Positions 9,729-19,766 of a stretch of DNA of 64,000 bases are shown here, piece by piece. The DNA is from an uncultured Acidobacteriota bacterium (lineage in GTDB: Bacteria; Acidobacteriota; Terriglobia; UBA7540). The notes beneath the pieces are model-generated. The model was given only the letters and a program-made list of their open reading frames with translations. It was not told where the DNA came from and ran no database searches. Every line of letters starts with the position of its first letter. Within the stretch, counting starts at the first letter, position 1. The translations under genes were made by a program, and so were the position numbers. The stretch lies in assembly GCA_963804995.1 (NCBI GenBank), contig CAWDSK010000003.1, positions 800,001 through 864,000 of the forward strand, read 5' to 3'.

Positions 9729-10798
9729 CCATACAGCGGATAATTCCCGTACTCCGCGAGCAATTCCAACACATACTCCGCGGTTTCAACAGAGATATCC
9801 GGCCCCATAGAGTGCGTGCCGAAAACCAATCCGCCGCCGCGCCCTGCTTCGAGCAGGTACCGCACATGATCGCGGATTTCGGCGCGGTCGCCTCGCGGCA
9901 GGATTACACAATTATCCATGCCGCCCGTCAACACCAGACGGTTTCCAAATCGCTCGCGGAGCTTGACCGCGTCCATGCCAATGCGGAACTCCATGGGGTT
10001 TATGGCGTCGATGCCTGCGTCTACCCACATGTCAAGCAGGGGGAGGACATTACCATCGGAGTGATGCATGACCCAGCGGGCGCCCGCTTGCTTAAAGGCC
10101 TGCACCATGCGGCGCAGAGCGGGCAGGAACACGCGCTCGTAATGCTTTGGCCCGACGAACGGCCCCAGGCTCGACGCCACGTCATCGTAAATCGCGATCC
10201 CGGTGTCCTCGAGACCGAAGCGGCGCATCGCTGCAATCGCCACGGTGACGATGTGATCCACCACGCGGTCAACAAAAGCGCGGGTCCACCCGGGGTCCTC
10301 AGCCACGTCGACCCAGAACTGTTCCTCCCCGCGCATGAATGCGGCACGCAGGTAAGGGCCACCACTCTTGCACCAGACGAAGTACTCATCCTTAAGCGCT
10401 GCGGCTTGCTTGCCTGCGGTTTCGAAGCGGCACTCGAGCAGCGGATCGTCGAACTTGAGCTTTTCCGGATCAACGCGATCCTTAACCGCCGGCTCAATCA
10501 ATTGGCCCATGACCTGGGGGGTGAGCTCCGCGAACGGCGTCAACTTGGTTTCGCCCCAACCGCTGCGCACCAGCGCTTGATCCCCACGCCGTCCGAGAAT
10601 CCCCGCCCGCGTCGGCCACGCGGACTCCTCGGGCTCGACCAGGCGCATGTCGTCGCCAAAGTGCTTATAGAGATCAGTGGGGCCGTGAACGCTCTCCCAA
10701 TTCGCTTCAAACTCAGGCCAGAAAGACGAAAAGTAACGTGGGACGCGATCCGGTTCCTCGAAGCTCATCGCGGCCATCACACGCTGCTTGCTGGTCAT
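9725..10798 (-). CDS. uroporphyrinogen decarboxylase (URO-D/CIMS-like) family protein
   Basis: MTSKQRV..A.....PDRVP start, MRGEEQF..D, YDD, HHSDGN, GIDAINP.E, GGMD, THS motifs. Confidence 0.85.
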   Translation of the reverse strand: MTSKQRVMAAMSFEEPDRVPRYFSSFWPEFEANWESVHGPTDLYKHFGDDMRLVEPEESAWPTRAGILGRRGDQALVRSGWGETKLTPFAELTPQVMGQLIEPAVKDRVDPEKLKFDDPLLECRFETAGKQAAALKDEYFVWCKSGGPYLRAAFMRGEEQFWVDVAEDPGWTRAFVDRVVDHIVTVAIAAMRRFGLEDTGIAIYDDVASSLGPFVGPKHYERVFLPALRRMVQAFKQAGARWVMHHSDGNVLPLLDMWVDAGIDAINPMEFRIGMDAVKLRERFGNRLVLTGGMDNCVILPRGDRAEIRDHVRYLLEAGRGGGLVFGTHSMGPDISVETAEYVLELLAEYGNYPLYG

Positions 10799-10964
10799 GC
10801 TTGGAGACACATATGGAAATGCGGAATCTACAAGAAATGGAAAGGCAAATCCGCCGCCATCCCCGTTGCTTTGCGCGCGCCATAGCGCGCGAGGTCCCAC
10901 CAAAACTGCCTCCAGTGGGACAACGCGACGCAGTAAATTCCAAATCTGGTAGAAAGTTTTGGCG

Positions 10965-12203
10965 CTAGACGATGTCTTCGCGCTTCTCGTCCCAACGCAC
11001 CGTCCGACCCTGCCGGTAAGAAGCTATCGCCATCTGGCAGGCGATCGCGGAACGGAACCCGATTTCGAGCGGGCAGTTGGGCTGTTTGCGGCTGCGCACA
11101 CAATCAATGAAGTTCTGCATGTGAGGATTGGTAGCGTCATCCTCACCCACGATGTCTGGAGCTTTGGCCGACGCCAGCGCGGCCCGCGTCCCCATGCCGG
11201 ATTTGGTACCTTGCGGTGCGTAGCGAACGCGCTCCTGATCATCCCGGAAGATCGTTCCCTTATCGCCCAGCACGTAGTCGTCGCCTTCGCCGAACAGGCT
11301 ATTGCCGAACATGGAGTTCCAGGTGAACAGCATCTTATTCGGCAGGTTCATGGAGACATCCATGGTGTCGGGCAACTGCATGTTCGGGGAGAGGTAGTTG
11401 TCGCCGCTCATGGTGACTTTGAGGGGAATCCCGAGATCCATCTGCTTGAACCAGAACCCTACTTGGTGGACCATGTTCTCAAATACGTTCCCGCCGGAGT
11501 AATCCCAATAGAAGCGCCAGTTGATGACGCGATTGGGGTCGAAGGGATACTGCTTGGCCTCTCCCTGGAAAGTCTTCCAATCGACGTGCTGAAGGTCGCA
11601 ATCGGCGGGAATCGGCCGCTTCCAGCCACCATAGGGTGCGTTGCGATAATGGTGCGTGTGAATCTGAGTAATCTTGCCCATGCGCTCGGCCGTAAGGTAT
11701 TCGCGCACTTGCGCGGGAGCCGGGCCGCTGGTGGATTGGATGCCGACCTGAACGATCTTCCCGGTGCCCTCCAAAGCCTTCCGCATGCGCTTGGCGTGAT
11801 CAGGATTGAACGCCATGGTCTTTTCCTGATAAATGTCCTTGCCGGCCTGAATGGCGGGCACAAAATTCAAAGCATGCTGATGCTGCGGAGTGGCAATCAG
11901 TACAGCATCAACGCTCTTGTCGTCGAGCAACTGCTGGAATTCGTGATAGGTTTTGATGTTGGGTACGAAGCCCTTCACCTCGTCCAGGCGTCGCGTGTAA
12001 ACATCTGCTACCGCCACACCTTCTACGTTGGAGCACTTCAACGCGGCTTTGAAAATCTGCTGGCCACGTCCTCCGGCCCCGATCAATCCGATGCGGACGC
12101 GGTCATTGGCTCCCAGCACTCGGCTGGAAGGAAACAATCCATAGGCAGCCACCGCAGCCGAACCACGCAGTGCTTGCCCGATAAAAGTCCTTCGATTTGG
12201 CAT
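10965..12203 (-). CDS. Gfo/Idh/MocA oxidoreductase with Tat signal
   Basis: NRRTFI twin-arginine leader, GANDRVRIGLIGAGGRG, IATPQHQH, EKTM, NWRFYWDYSGG. Confidence 0.92.
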   Translation of the reverse strand: MPNRRTFIGQALRGSAAVAAYGLFPSSRVLGANDRVRIGLIGAGGRGQQIFKAALKCSNVEGVAVADVYTRRLDEVKGFVPNIKTYHEFQQLLDDKSVDAVLIATPQHQHALNFVPAIQAGKDIYQEKTMAFNPDHAKRMRKALEGTGKIVQVGIQSTSGPAPAQVREYLTAERMGKITQIHTHHYRNAPYGGWKRPIPADCDLQHVDWKTFQGEAKQYPFDPNRVINWRFYWDYSGGNVFENMVHQVGFWFKQMDLGIPLKVTMSGDNYLSPNMQLPDTMDVSMNLPNKMLFTWNSMFGNSLFGEGDDYVLGDKGTIFRDDQERVRYAPQGTKSGMGTRAALASAKAPDIVGEDDATNPHMQNFIDCVRSRKQPNCPLEIGFRSAIACQMAIASYRQGRTVRWDEKREDIV

Positions 12204-12612
12204 GCAAAAACTCCTTTCGCAAAAGTTTCATGGCATGAATTTAAATTGGTTGTCTTAACTGGCTTTCGAGGATCAACAACTTCTCTCTCCATATTCGTCG
12301 CGCCTATGATACTCAGCCCCACCCTGGACCGCAATCAGTTGTTATGGAAAGAGGCCTCGCAAAAGGTCAATTTGCCTGAATCGTGTGGCCAGGGGGAGAG
12401 TGCAGGCTTGCCCACAACTCGCCCAGCATGAAATGCGGTGCTCGCCGATGCTACCGGTCTCAGGTAATGACCCGTAACCGCAAGAGGTCAAGAATCATTT
12501 CGGCTCTCCATCACCCTTAAGCAAATTGAAATCGGGTCGATAGGTCTGTATTAGGAGACATTTACGGGTTGCCAATTCAGGAATGAATCGGTCACCCGCG
12601 GAGATTCGTGCC

Positions 12613-12828
12613 ATGACCAAGCTACTCAACGCCAAAGGGCTCTCGTCCACCGAACCACACCTCAAGACATCAGGCATGTCCCTGAACGCCGGCGACATCC
12701 TGGAATGCGTGGCTGACTGCCCCACGTTTGAAGCCGAAATGAAGGAGTGGTGCAAGAACAGCAAGAAAGCCGTGCTGTGGTTCAGGACCGAGGGTAACGG
12801 CGCCACCAGGTGCCAGGTGCAGATCTAA
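12613..12828 (+). CDS. TusA/SirA-like protein
   Basis: LNAKGL...P, GDILE.VADCPTF....KEWC pattern, 71 aa; canonical CPxP reads STEP. Confidence 0.7.
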   Translation: MTKLLNAKGLSSTEPHLKTSGMSLNAGDILECVADCPTFEAEMKEWCKNSKKAVLWFRTEGNGATRCQVQI

Positions 12829-12882
12829 ATCGGACTTGCCAAAATTTCCCCCCATTGTGTGGGCAGCGACCTGCGGCGCTTA

Positions 12883-12990
12883 CTCCCCTCCTGATTTAGG
12901 AGGGGTGGCGCCGAAGGCGACGGGGTGGTTACCTCGCCCACCAAATGGCGAGGTGAACTCGCCGCTACAGGATCAAACTGAACCACCACC
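12883..12990. repeat. cluster of palindromic repeats (CCCCTCC..GGAGGGG hairpin; GTAG REP with TCAAACTG..CACC end)
   Basis: CTCCCCTCCT-GATTT-AGGAGGGG; TGGCGAG-GTGAA-CTCGCCG-CTAC followed by an end similar to 62310-62327. Confidence 0.6.
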
Positions 12991-13132
12991 GAATCCTTCA
13001 ACCCCGTTTCACAATCCCCAGCCGTGGTGTAGACTCTTAACGTCCCGAAAACAAATTGTCGTCCGATTGAGTAGTGGGACACATCCAGACCATCAACTCG
13101 GACAAACCACCATATCAACGAGAGGAGTGGCC

Positions 13133-14056
13133 ATGGCCAGATCACCGGAGGAGTTACGAACGGGGTTGCGAGGAATGTTTGCCTTCCCCGTGACACCCTT
13201 TACCACTGCTAACGAGGTGGATGTCAAGAGATTCAGGGAGCATCTGGCCTATCTGATCGAGGCGCGCCCGGCTGCGCTCTTTGTGTGTGGGGGAACGGGT
13301 GAGTTTGTTTCGCTCGATCTCGAGGAATACCGTGCCCTGGTCAAAGCCGCCGTGGCGGAAGCCGCCGGCCGGGTTCCCGTCATCGCGGGTGCAGGATACG
13401 GCGTCAAAATCGCCATCCAATTTGTGCAGGCTGCCGAGGAAGCGGGAGCGGACGGCGTCCTGGTGTTGCCGCCCTATCTTCTGCAATCCGAGCAGGAAGG
13501 ATTATTCGCTCACTACCTCGCCGTTGCCCAAGCCACCCGCTTGGGAGTAATCGTTTATCAAAGGGACAACGCCATCTTCTCTCCCTCCACGGCGCGCCGC
13601 TTGACGGAGATTCCCAACCTCATCGGCTTCAAGGACGGTCATGGAGATATGGAACGCCTCACCCGCATTCGTCTCGCGGTCGGTGACCGGTTCGCCTTCA
13701 TGAACGGTATGCCCACGGCGGAGCTCTCCGCTCTGGCCTTCTTCGGATTGGGAATTTCGAGCTACTCCTCGGCCGTCTTCAATTTCGTGCCGGAGATATC
13801 GCACGCCTTCTTTCGAGCCCTCAACGCTTCCGATATGAAAGGGGTGGGCCACCTGGTTGAAACCTTTTACCGCCCCCTGGCCGAGCTGCGGGAAAAGAAG
13901 AAGGGTTACGCCATCGCGCTGATCAAAGCCGGAGTGAACATCCTCAAAAAGCCCGTCGGCAAGGTTCGGCCTCCCCTGGTTTACCCTTCCCCGGCTGAAG
14001 AGGCTGAACTGAAGACCATCATTGAGAAGGGACTCGCGGCTCTATCTGCAAAATAG
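13133..14056 (+). CDS. kdgD: 5-dehydro-4-deoxyglucarate dehydratase (DHDPS family)
   Basis: FPVTPF, GGTGEF, LPPYL, IVYQRDN, GFKDGHGD, GMPTAE, YSSAVFNF, GYAIALIKAG, VRPPL. Confidence 0.9.
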   Translation: MARSPEELRTGLRGMFAFPVTPFTTANEVDVKRFREHLAYLIEARPAALFVCGGTGEFVSLDLEEYRALVKAAVAEAAGRVPVIAGAGYGVKIAIQFVQAAEEAGADGVLVLPPYLLQSEQEGLFAHYLAVAQATRLGVIVYQRDNAIFSPSTARRLTEIPNLIGFKDGHGDMERLTRIRLAVGDRFAFMNGMPTAELSALAFFGLGISSYSSAVFNFVPEISHAFFRALNASDMKGVGHLVETFYRPLAELREKKKGYAIALIKAGVNILKKPVGKVRPPLVYPSPAEEAELKTIIEKGLAALSAK

Positions 14057-14060
14057 AAGC

Positions 14061-14201
14061 GTGGGGGCACCCCTTGTGGGTGCCCGGAAGTCGGCCCCGC
14101 CGACGGGGAGGGCAGGCACGACCCGTCGCCCGAAGGCTTTGGCCCTGCCATCCGAAGGCTTTGCGCCGTAGGATGGACCCAAGGGCGAGGCCAGCCCCTA
14201 C
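14061..14201. repeat. GTAGGGGC-type REP pair with nested micro-insertions
   Basis: GTGGGGGCACCC..GGGTGCCC and AGGGCAGGCACGA[insert]CGAGGCCAGCCCCTAC between convergent kdgD and fba. Confidence 0.7.
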
Positions 14202-14248
14202 GTCCTCAAAACCGGGCGTGCCTTGGAATGTTTTACGTGGCGTGCATC

Positions 14249-15274
14249 TCAGGCGGCGCGCTTCTGGGCATACCGTGCTGCCATTTCAGACAAGGGCAGC
14301 GGCGCGTAATCACCGGCATGGCCGGCCTGCCCGAACTGCGTCATGCGCAACGCCACAACCTTCTTCATCGCCTCGCGGGCAGGCTTCAGGTAGCTGCGGG
14401 GATCGAACTCCTCAGGCTTCTCGGCGAAGACCTTGCGGATCGCGCCGGTAATCGCCAGGCGATTGTCCGTATCCACGTTGATCTTGCGCACCCCGTTCTT
14501 GATGCCCAGTTGGATTTCCTCCACCGGAACTCCCCAGGTGGGCTTCAACTTGCCACCGTACTGATTGATGACGTCCTGGAGATCCTTGGGGACGCTGGAC
14601 GAGCCATGCATCACCAGGTGAGTTTTCGGCAGGAGCTTGTGGATCTCGATCAGGCGGTCCATTTTCAGTGTTTCGCCCGTGGGCTTCGAGCTGAACTTGT
14701 AAGCGCCGTGGCTGGTGCCGATGGCGATGGCCAAAGCGTCCAACCCCGTGAGCTTTACAAACTCGGCAGCCTGGGCAGGGTCGGTGAGGTGGCTCAGACC
14801 GTCAAGGCCCGCGCCGTGGCCGTCTTCAATGCCGCCCAGACAACCGATTTCGCCCTCCACCGTGATCCCCTTGGCATGGGCCATCTCCACCACTTCCCGC
14901 GTGACCTTAACGTTATAGTCAAAGGTGGAGGGCATCTTGCCATCAGGCATCAGCGACCCATCCATCATGACGCTGGTGAAGCCCAGGTCGATGGCGGACT
15001 TGCATGTCTCCACGCTGTTGCCGTGGTCCAGGTGCAACACCATGGGGATCTCCGGGTAGAGTTCCGCCGCAGCCAGCATGAGGTGATAGAGGAATTTGTC
15101 CTGGGAGTAGCTGCGCGCGCCACGGCTGGCCTGCACGATGACAGGCGATTTGGTTTCTCGGGCAGCCTCCATGATGGATTGGATCTGCTCCATATTATTC
15201 ACGTTGAAAGCACCGACTCCGTAGCCACCCTTGGCAGCTTCGTCCAGTAACTGACGCATGGAAACAAGAGGCAT
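14249..15274 (-). CDS. fba: class II fructose-bisphosphate aldolase
   Basis: [61 protein letters not shown]. Confidence 0.96.
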   Translation of the reverse strand: MPLVSMRQLLDEAAKGGYGVGAFNVNNMEQIQSIMEAARETKSPVIVQASRGARSYSQDKFLYHLMLAAAELYPEIPMVLHLDHGNSVETCKSAIDLGFTSVMMDGSLMPDGKMPSTFDYNVKVTREVVEMAHAKGITVEGEIGCLGGIEDGHGAGLDGLSHLTDPAQAAEFVKLTGLDALAIAIGTSHGAYKFSSKPTGETLKMDRLIEIHKLLPKTHLVMHGSSSVPKDLQDVINQYGGKLKPTWGVPVEEIQLGIKNGVRKINVDTDNRLAITGAIRKVFAEKPEEFDPRSYLKPAREAMKKVVALRMTQFGQAGHAGDYAPLPLSEMAARYAQKRAA

Positions 15275-15970
15275 AAGACTTGATCTCCTTCGATGAATTC
15301 GAATTTAATGTTCGGGTGTTCCCACCCGTTCCTCAGAGCACTACAGTACGATTGCGATAACTACAATAGGATACACGTGTACGCTCGTCTTTGAAAGAAT
15401 AAGGGTGGGTGAAGCTACATAATGTCCTTTTAAGATATCACTTTCCACTTTCTCTCCTGCCTGCCGACGCGTTTGCCAGCCGCGCGGGGCCCGCTCTCCG
15501 GCCCGCCAATCTTAACGGTGGACGGCTTTTCCACAGCGACGCGATTCTGGCGGCGCGGCGCCCCCGCGGCAGATAGGCCGCTACTTGCCGGAAGATTTCA
15601 ATGCCCGCGGGGCGGCTGGGAATAGTTCTCTGCGAACGAGCTGCTCCCCTCGCAGAACATAAATGACTGTCGGCTGTCATCTGTCAGTTGTTGGCAGGCG
15701 TAGCGCGCAACTGTTTTGTATGTCCGCGGCACACGGGGGTGACCGATCCGAAAGTCGCAGAGCTTGAAACCCGGTTCTGCGCCAGCCAGCCCGTTGGGGC
15801 TCAAGGGCACCTTAGGTGGCGTGGCCCAGAGGTAGCACCATTCGTCCTGGGAATTGCGGCCGTCAAAAAGGCCCACGGTTCACAAGAGGTCGCCCACCGT
15901 TAAGATTGGCGGACTTCGAGGCGCGGCACCACCGTGGCAACCCCGCTCGACGCCGTCAGGATGAAGGCAG

Positions 15971-17371
15971 TTAAGCCTTCAGAGCGGCGGCGAGGGCCTG
16001 ACGGATGGTGGCTTCGCACTCCGGGAAGGCGATATAGCTGTAAGGGTCGTTATAGCCGTCCGCAGCATCTTTGGCGGTGGGGATATAACCGGGACCGCTG
16101 TCGCCGTAACCCAACGTCATGACGAAGGAGTCCGGCCGCAGAGCCTGGGCCCACAACTGGTACTGAACAAAACTTTCGGAGGGCATCAGGACGATCTGCG
16201 CGGGACCGAGGTCGATTGCCGGAACGTCAAGGTGGCACCCGGAATCGGAGCGCTGCCGCCAGCTCAGTCCGATCGCCGCAAAGAACCGGTCCGCTGCCGT
16301 CCGTGTGTTGTCCGTAAGGGTGCGACGGAATTCCTCTGGACTGAACCCGGGCGTGCGGCGGGGCTCAAGTTTCATCGGAACGCAGCGGAAACCCATTTTG
16401 TCCAGAGGATACCTCTTGGTTGATTGCCACGCGGCCAGCATGCCTTGATGCAAACGTTCGGCTAGGATCGGCCGGTTCTGGTGACTTCCGTCGTTGAACT
16501 TACCGGCCATGGTATCTCCGCTACAACCGGAGAAGTAGATCTGGGCAACCGAAGGCATCTCCTTACGCCGCTGCGCCCTCGCCACGCCGGGGAAGTCATA
16601 GGAAACCTCTCCCTTTCCCCAGTAGGTCATGGGATGGGTGGAGTAGCAGCTCAGGGCGGCAACCGGCTGCTCACCATTCCAAAAGCTGATGGTTTTCAGC
16701 CAGGGATCAATTAATCCGGTCGGCATATTTCGAACCACCGGATCACGCTCGCCGCTGGTTCGTCCATAAGAGATCTTTCCGTCCGGGGTAACATAGCGGC
16801 GGTTGGACGCAACCATTTCCACTTTCCCTTGCCCGGTTCCGATGTGGGTGATGGGAAGCGGATTGGCCATGGATTTTCGAAGCGCGGAGGCGACGCGCTC
16901 GACCGTCCGCTCATCAAATTCCGGATCACACAGATCCTGAGAAACGTGATTTTCTTTCAACAATTTTTGCGCGACCACGTCACTGTATACGGCGTCGTGC
17001 TGGTGAACGCAACTGACCAGCACCCTTTCCTTGTCAGTTCCGGCCGCTTCAGCCAGTACAGACCGCCAGCGTTCGTAGGACTCGTTGCAAATCTCACACC
17101 AGTCGACCGCAACCAGCACAATGGGCTTACCGGGACCGGATAGAACCAGCCCGTTGGCCTCGAGCCGGTCGACGATGATCGTGGCACGCACGGGGCGCCC
17201 CCCGAACACCGGATTACCCAAGGCAGGTGTGACATCCTCGATGAACGAGCAAAGTTGAAATTTGCCGCCCGCCAGGACATCACCCTGGCTCACAGCAAAT
17301 CCTCCTCCTATGGATCCCGCGATCAACCTCAAAATCTTACGTCGGGATAAATTGTTCTCATGATTGACCAT
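15971..17371 (-). CDS. Tat-signal hypothetical hydrolase, neutral/alkaline ceramidase-like metalloamidase fold
   Basis: SRRKIL leader; DVTP, VDWCEI, HQHDA, YSTHPM, GCSGD, PSESFVQYQL, GYGD.GPGYIPT motifs. Confidence 0.6.
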   Translation of the reverse strand: MVNHENNLSRRKILRLIAGSIGGGFAVSQGDVLAGGKFQLCSFIEDVTPALGNPVFGGRPVRATIIVDRLEANGLVLSGPGKPIVLVAVDWCEICNESYERWRSVLAEAAGTDKERVLVSCVHQHDAVYSDVVAQKLLKENHVSQDLCDPEFDERTVERVASALRKSMANPLPITHIGTGQGKVEMVASNRRYVTPDGKISYGRTSGERDPVVRNMPTGLIDPWLKTISFWNGEQPVAALSCYSTHPMTYWGKGEVSYDFPGVARAQRRKEMPSVAQIYFSGCSGDTMAGKFNDGSHQNRPILAERLHQGMLAAWQSTKRYPLDKMGFRCVPMKLEPRRTPGFSPEEFRRTLTDNTRTAADRFFAAIGLSWRQRSDSGCHLDVPAIDLGPAQIVLMPSESFVQYQLWAQALRPDSFVMTLGYGDSGPGYIPTAKDAADGYNDPYSYIAFPECEATIRQALAAALKA

Positions 17372-17532
17372 TGGAAGCACCTCCACAATCAGCGCAGACC
17401 TACTTTCCAAGGTCCGCAGCTCTTTGGCAGGGCCGCCTGCTCAGCCCCAAGGCGTCAGCCGTGGGCTAGTCGCCGCGGCGCCCCCCCCCGCTACGAGGGC
17501 TGAATTCATCAACGAACTTCTGACTCAGGCCA

Positions 17533-19587
17533 CTAGTGCTCCGGCCGATAGGACTGCAGCGATGGCAGGGTGTCTCCATCGTGGAATCCTTCCCGCACTT
17601 TGTCCATCCAGCGCGTGAATCCGTACCAGTAGAGGAACTCGCGATCAAACTTCCCCAGCGAAGTGCCCAGGCGGTAAGGGGCATACTCCGCCAGCCAGGC
17701 CGGGCGGTAATCTTCGCGCAGTTCGGTTATCCCGTCCATCAGGTCGCCCGCGGGAAAGTGGTCCAGGCAGCAGAGCTCATTCAGAGTGGATGTCACCTGT
17801 TCCTTGCTGGGGTGCGCGCCCAGTTGCTTCCACCGTTCTGCCATATCAGCGGCATAGATGAACTTCATCCCCGTGTAATCGAGCAACCGCGCCCCCAGGT
17901 CCAGGCTGTTCAGGCTTTCGCGATCACCCTGGAGAGCGAAGGCGCGCGACAGGTGTTCCTGCCCCTGCTCCGCCAGCAGACGCACCTGTCGAAAATCCTC
18001 ACGGTGGGGCGCGTACAGCTTGAGACTGTCGGAGCTCAGAGGATCGTCCCACATCCTGATCTGGGTCTCTTCGCCGAAAACCTTTTCCAAACGAGTCTCG
18101 GCGTCGGTCAATTCCCGGAGGGCGGGCGCCACCTCCGCCGCTACCGCGGGGGGATACATGATGCCGGCGTAATCGGAGAAGAAATGTTGGCGCTCGACGG
18201 GACCGGACTGCCACGCCGCCGCCGCACCATAGGCCATCCCTGCCCATGCCATCCTGTACAGGTCTTGATTGTCGTCCGTCCAGAGATTAACCAGTTGACC
18301 GCTGATGCCGTATTTGCGGCCAGTTTCAAGCAGACTGTCAATCAAGGTAAAGCTGAGGTTGAACTCCGGGAAAATCGACAGGCAGTTGTGAATATAAGTT
18401 GAGGCGAATGCCGGGATGTGGTGGGCGGCCCAAGGCGCGAACCACGGGGTGTAATCCTTCTCGATAAAATCATGCCAGGGCACCGCGATTATTCCCGGTG
18501 GAAGGTCAGGAATAATCTCGGGGTACTTTCCGAAAATGTTGACCGTGTCCGCCCAGAACAGCACATGCTTGCCACGTTGTTGAACCACTTTGACGACCCG
18601 ATTTAACTGGTTGAGATACAGTTTGCCGGGAGAGACCTTGGATATTGCGGAAGATTTATCCAGGTCATAGGGTTCGTCAAAGCCTATGTGCATGAAGGGC
18701 GAGGGAAACATGCGCACGAGTTGGTCCACCCAGTCGGTCACCAGGGGCATCACGCGAGGGTCGAGCGCGTTAAAATCCTGCCCGTGCGGGATGACCGCCA
18801 TATCGGCGTAACGTTCGATCCGGAAGAGGTCGTGCAGGTGCCCGTAAAATTCCACACAGGGAACTACATCCACATGGCGCGCACGCGCGAAAGTGATAAT
18901 CCGGCCCACCTGCTCCTGGGTATAGCGAGCCTTGGGGCTTACCAGAGGATAGCCTTGCATCTCAATGCTGGTCTCAGAATAGAAAAAATACTGATTGTTT
19001 TTCCATCGGGATAGGAAATCGATCTGCCGCTTGATCTCTTCTTCGGTCGGCAACGGCCCGTGGCTTAAGTCCACCATCGTTCCCCGGTACGCAAGGGAGG
19101 GCCAATCGCGAATTTCCACTTCCGGAATCGCAGCTTCGGCGCCCGATCCCTCCACGAGTTGCAGCAGGGTTTGAACGCCGTAAAAGATACCCGCCGAGGA
19201 ATTAGCGCGAATTTCGGCACCCTCCGGGGTGACCTTGATCGTGTAAGCCTCGCGCGAATCCGGCCCCGGTTGCTCGCCGGGCTGAGGAAGGTCGGGGCCG
19301 GAGCCGGTCCGTTTGAGCATAATCGTGGGGTGCGCCGCCAGCGTCTCCGCTACTCGGACCTCAACATGGGCACGGGACCCGAGGCCGGATGCCAGCTCGT
19401 CTGCCGCAAACCGATCCTGCGGCGTCTGCTCGCTGCCCAAGCCTATCTGCAAACCGGAGACGGGAAGCCGGCCCGTGCCGTACCGAATCTCCTGCGGCCT
19501 CGGAAGCAAGGGATTATGCCCCTCTCCAAAAAAGAGCGATGGGGTAAAAAGCAAGAACACTAGAAGCATCGTGGATCGCCTAGACAT
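17533..19587 (-). CDS. GH20-like beta-N-acetylhexosaminidase
   Basis: Signal peptide, LLPRPQ GH20b domain, EAY.I, G.FYG.QTL.Q, I.DWP..YRG..D, catalytic HIGFDE. Confidence 0.85.
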   Translation of the reverse strand: MSRRSTMLLVFLLFTPSLFFGEGHNPLLPRPQEIRYGTGRLPVSGLQIGLGSEQTPQDRFAADELASGLGSRAHVEVRVAETLAAHPTIMLKRTGSGPDLPQPGEQPGPDSREAYTIKVTPEGAEIRANSSAGIFYGVQTLLQLVEGSGAEAAIPEVEIRDWPSLAYRGTMVDLSHGPLPTEEEIKRQIDFLSRWKNNQYFFYSETSIEMQGYPLVSPKARYTQEQVGRIITFARARHVDVVPCVEFYGHLHDLFRIERYADMAVIPHGQDFNALDPRVMPLVTDWVDQLVRMFPSPFMHIGFDEPYDLDKSSAISKVSPGKLYLNQLNRVVKVVQQRGKHVLFWADTVNIFGKYPEIIPDLPPGIIAVPWHDFIEKDYTPWFAPWAAHHIPAFASTYIHNCLSIFPEFNLSFTLIDSLLETGRKYGISGQLVNLWTDDNQDLYRMAWAGMAYGAAAAWQSGPVERQHFFSDYAGIMYPPAVAAEVAPALRELTDAETRLEKVFGEETQIRMWDDPLSSDSLKLYAPHREDFRQVRLLAEQGQEHLSRAFALQGDRESLNSLDLGARLLDYTGMKFIYAADMAERWKQLGAHPSKEQVTSTLNELCCLDHFPAGDLMDGITELREDYRPAWLAEYAPYRLGTSLGKFDREFLYWYGFTRWMDKVREGFHDGDTLPSLQSYRPEH

Positions 19588-19766
19588 ACACTTCTCCTCC
19601 CGAGTGATTCACAACTGAAATTCCCTGTGGGCCTTCCGACGCTCGAATGGCAAAAGTGAAGGTGAAAGGCAGCACCTTGAAGCATCCTCGCTAAGAAGAC
19701 GAAAACCGGTGTGATGCAGGGGCGTGCTAAACAAGCGACCAACGCGCTCCGAGGCGGAGTTCGGAT

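Noticed and set aside
10959..12431. Long antisense ORFs (also 9812-10885, 14228-15250, 20575-21987, 41759-43054, 60475-61923 and similar)
   Set aside because: Shadow ORFs opposite well-supported genes in GC-rich DNA, with no motifs of their own
14249..15274. Calvin-cycle (cbb) locus implied by the Fba subtype
   Set aside because: No RuBisCO, phosphoribulokinase or other cbb genes nearby; this subtype is also common in heterotrophs
15438..15960. Short ORFs between fba and the ceramidase-like gene
   Set aside because: No RBS or family motif; partly REP-derived
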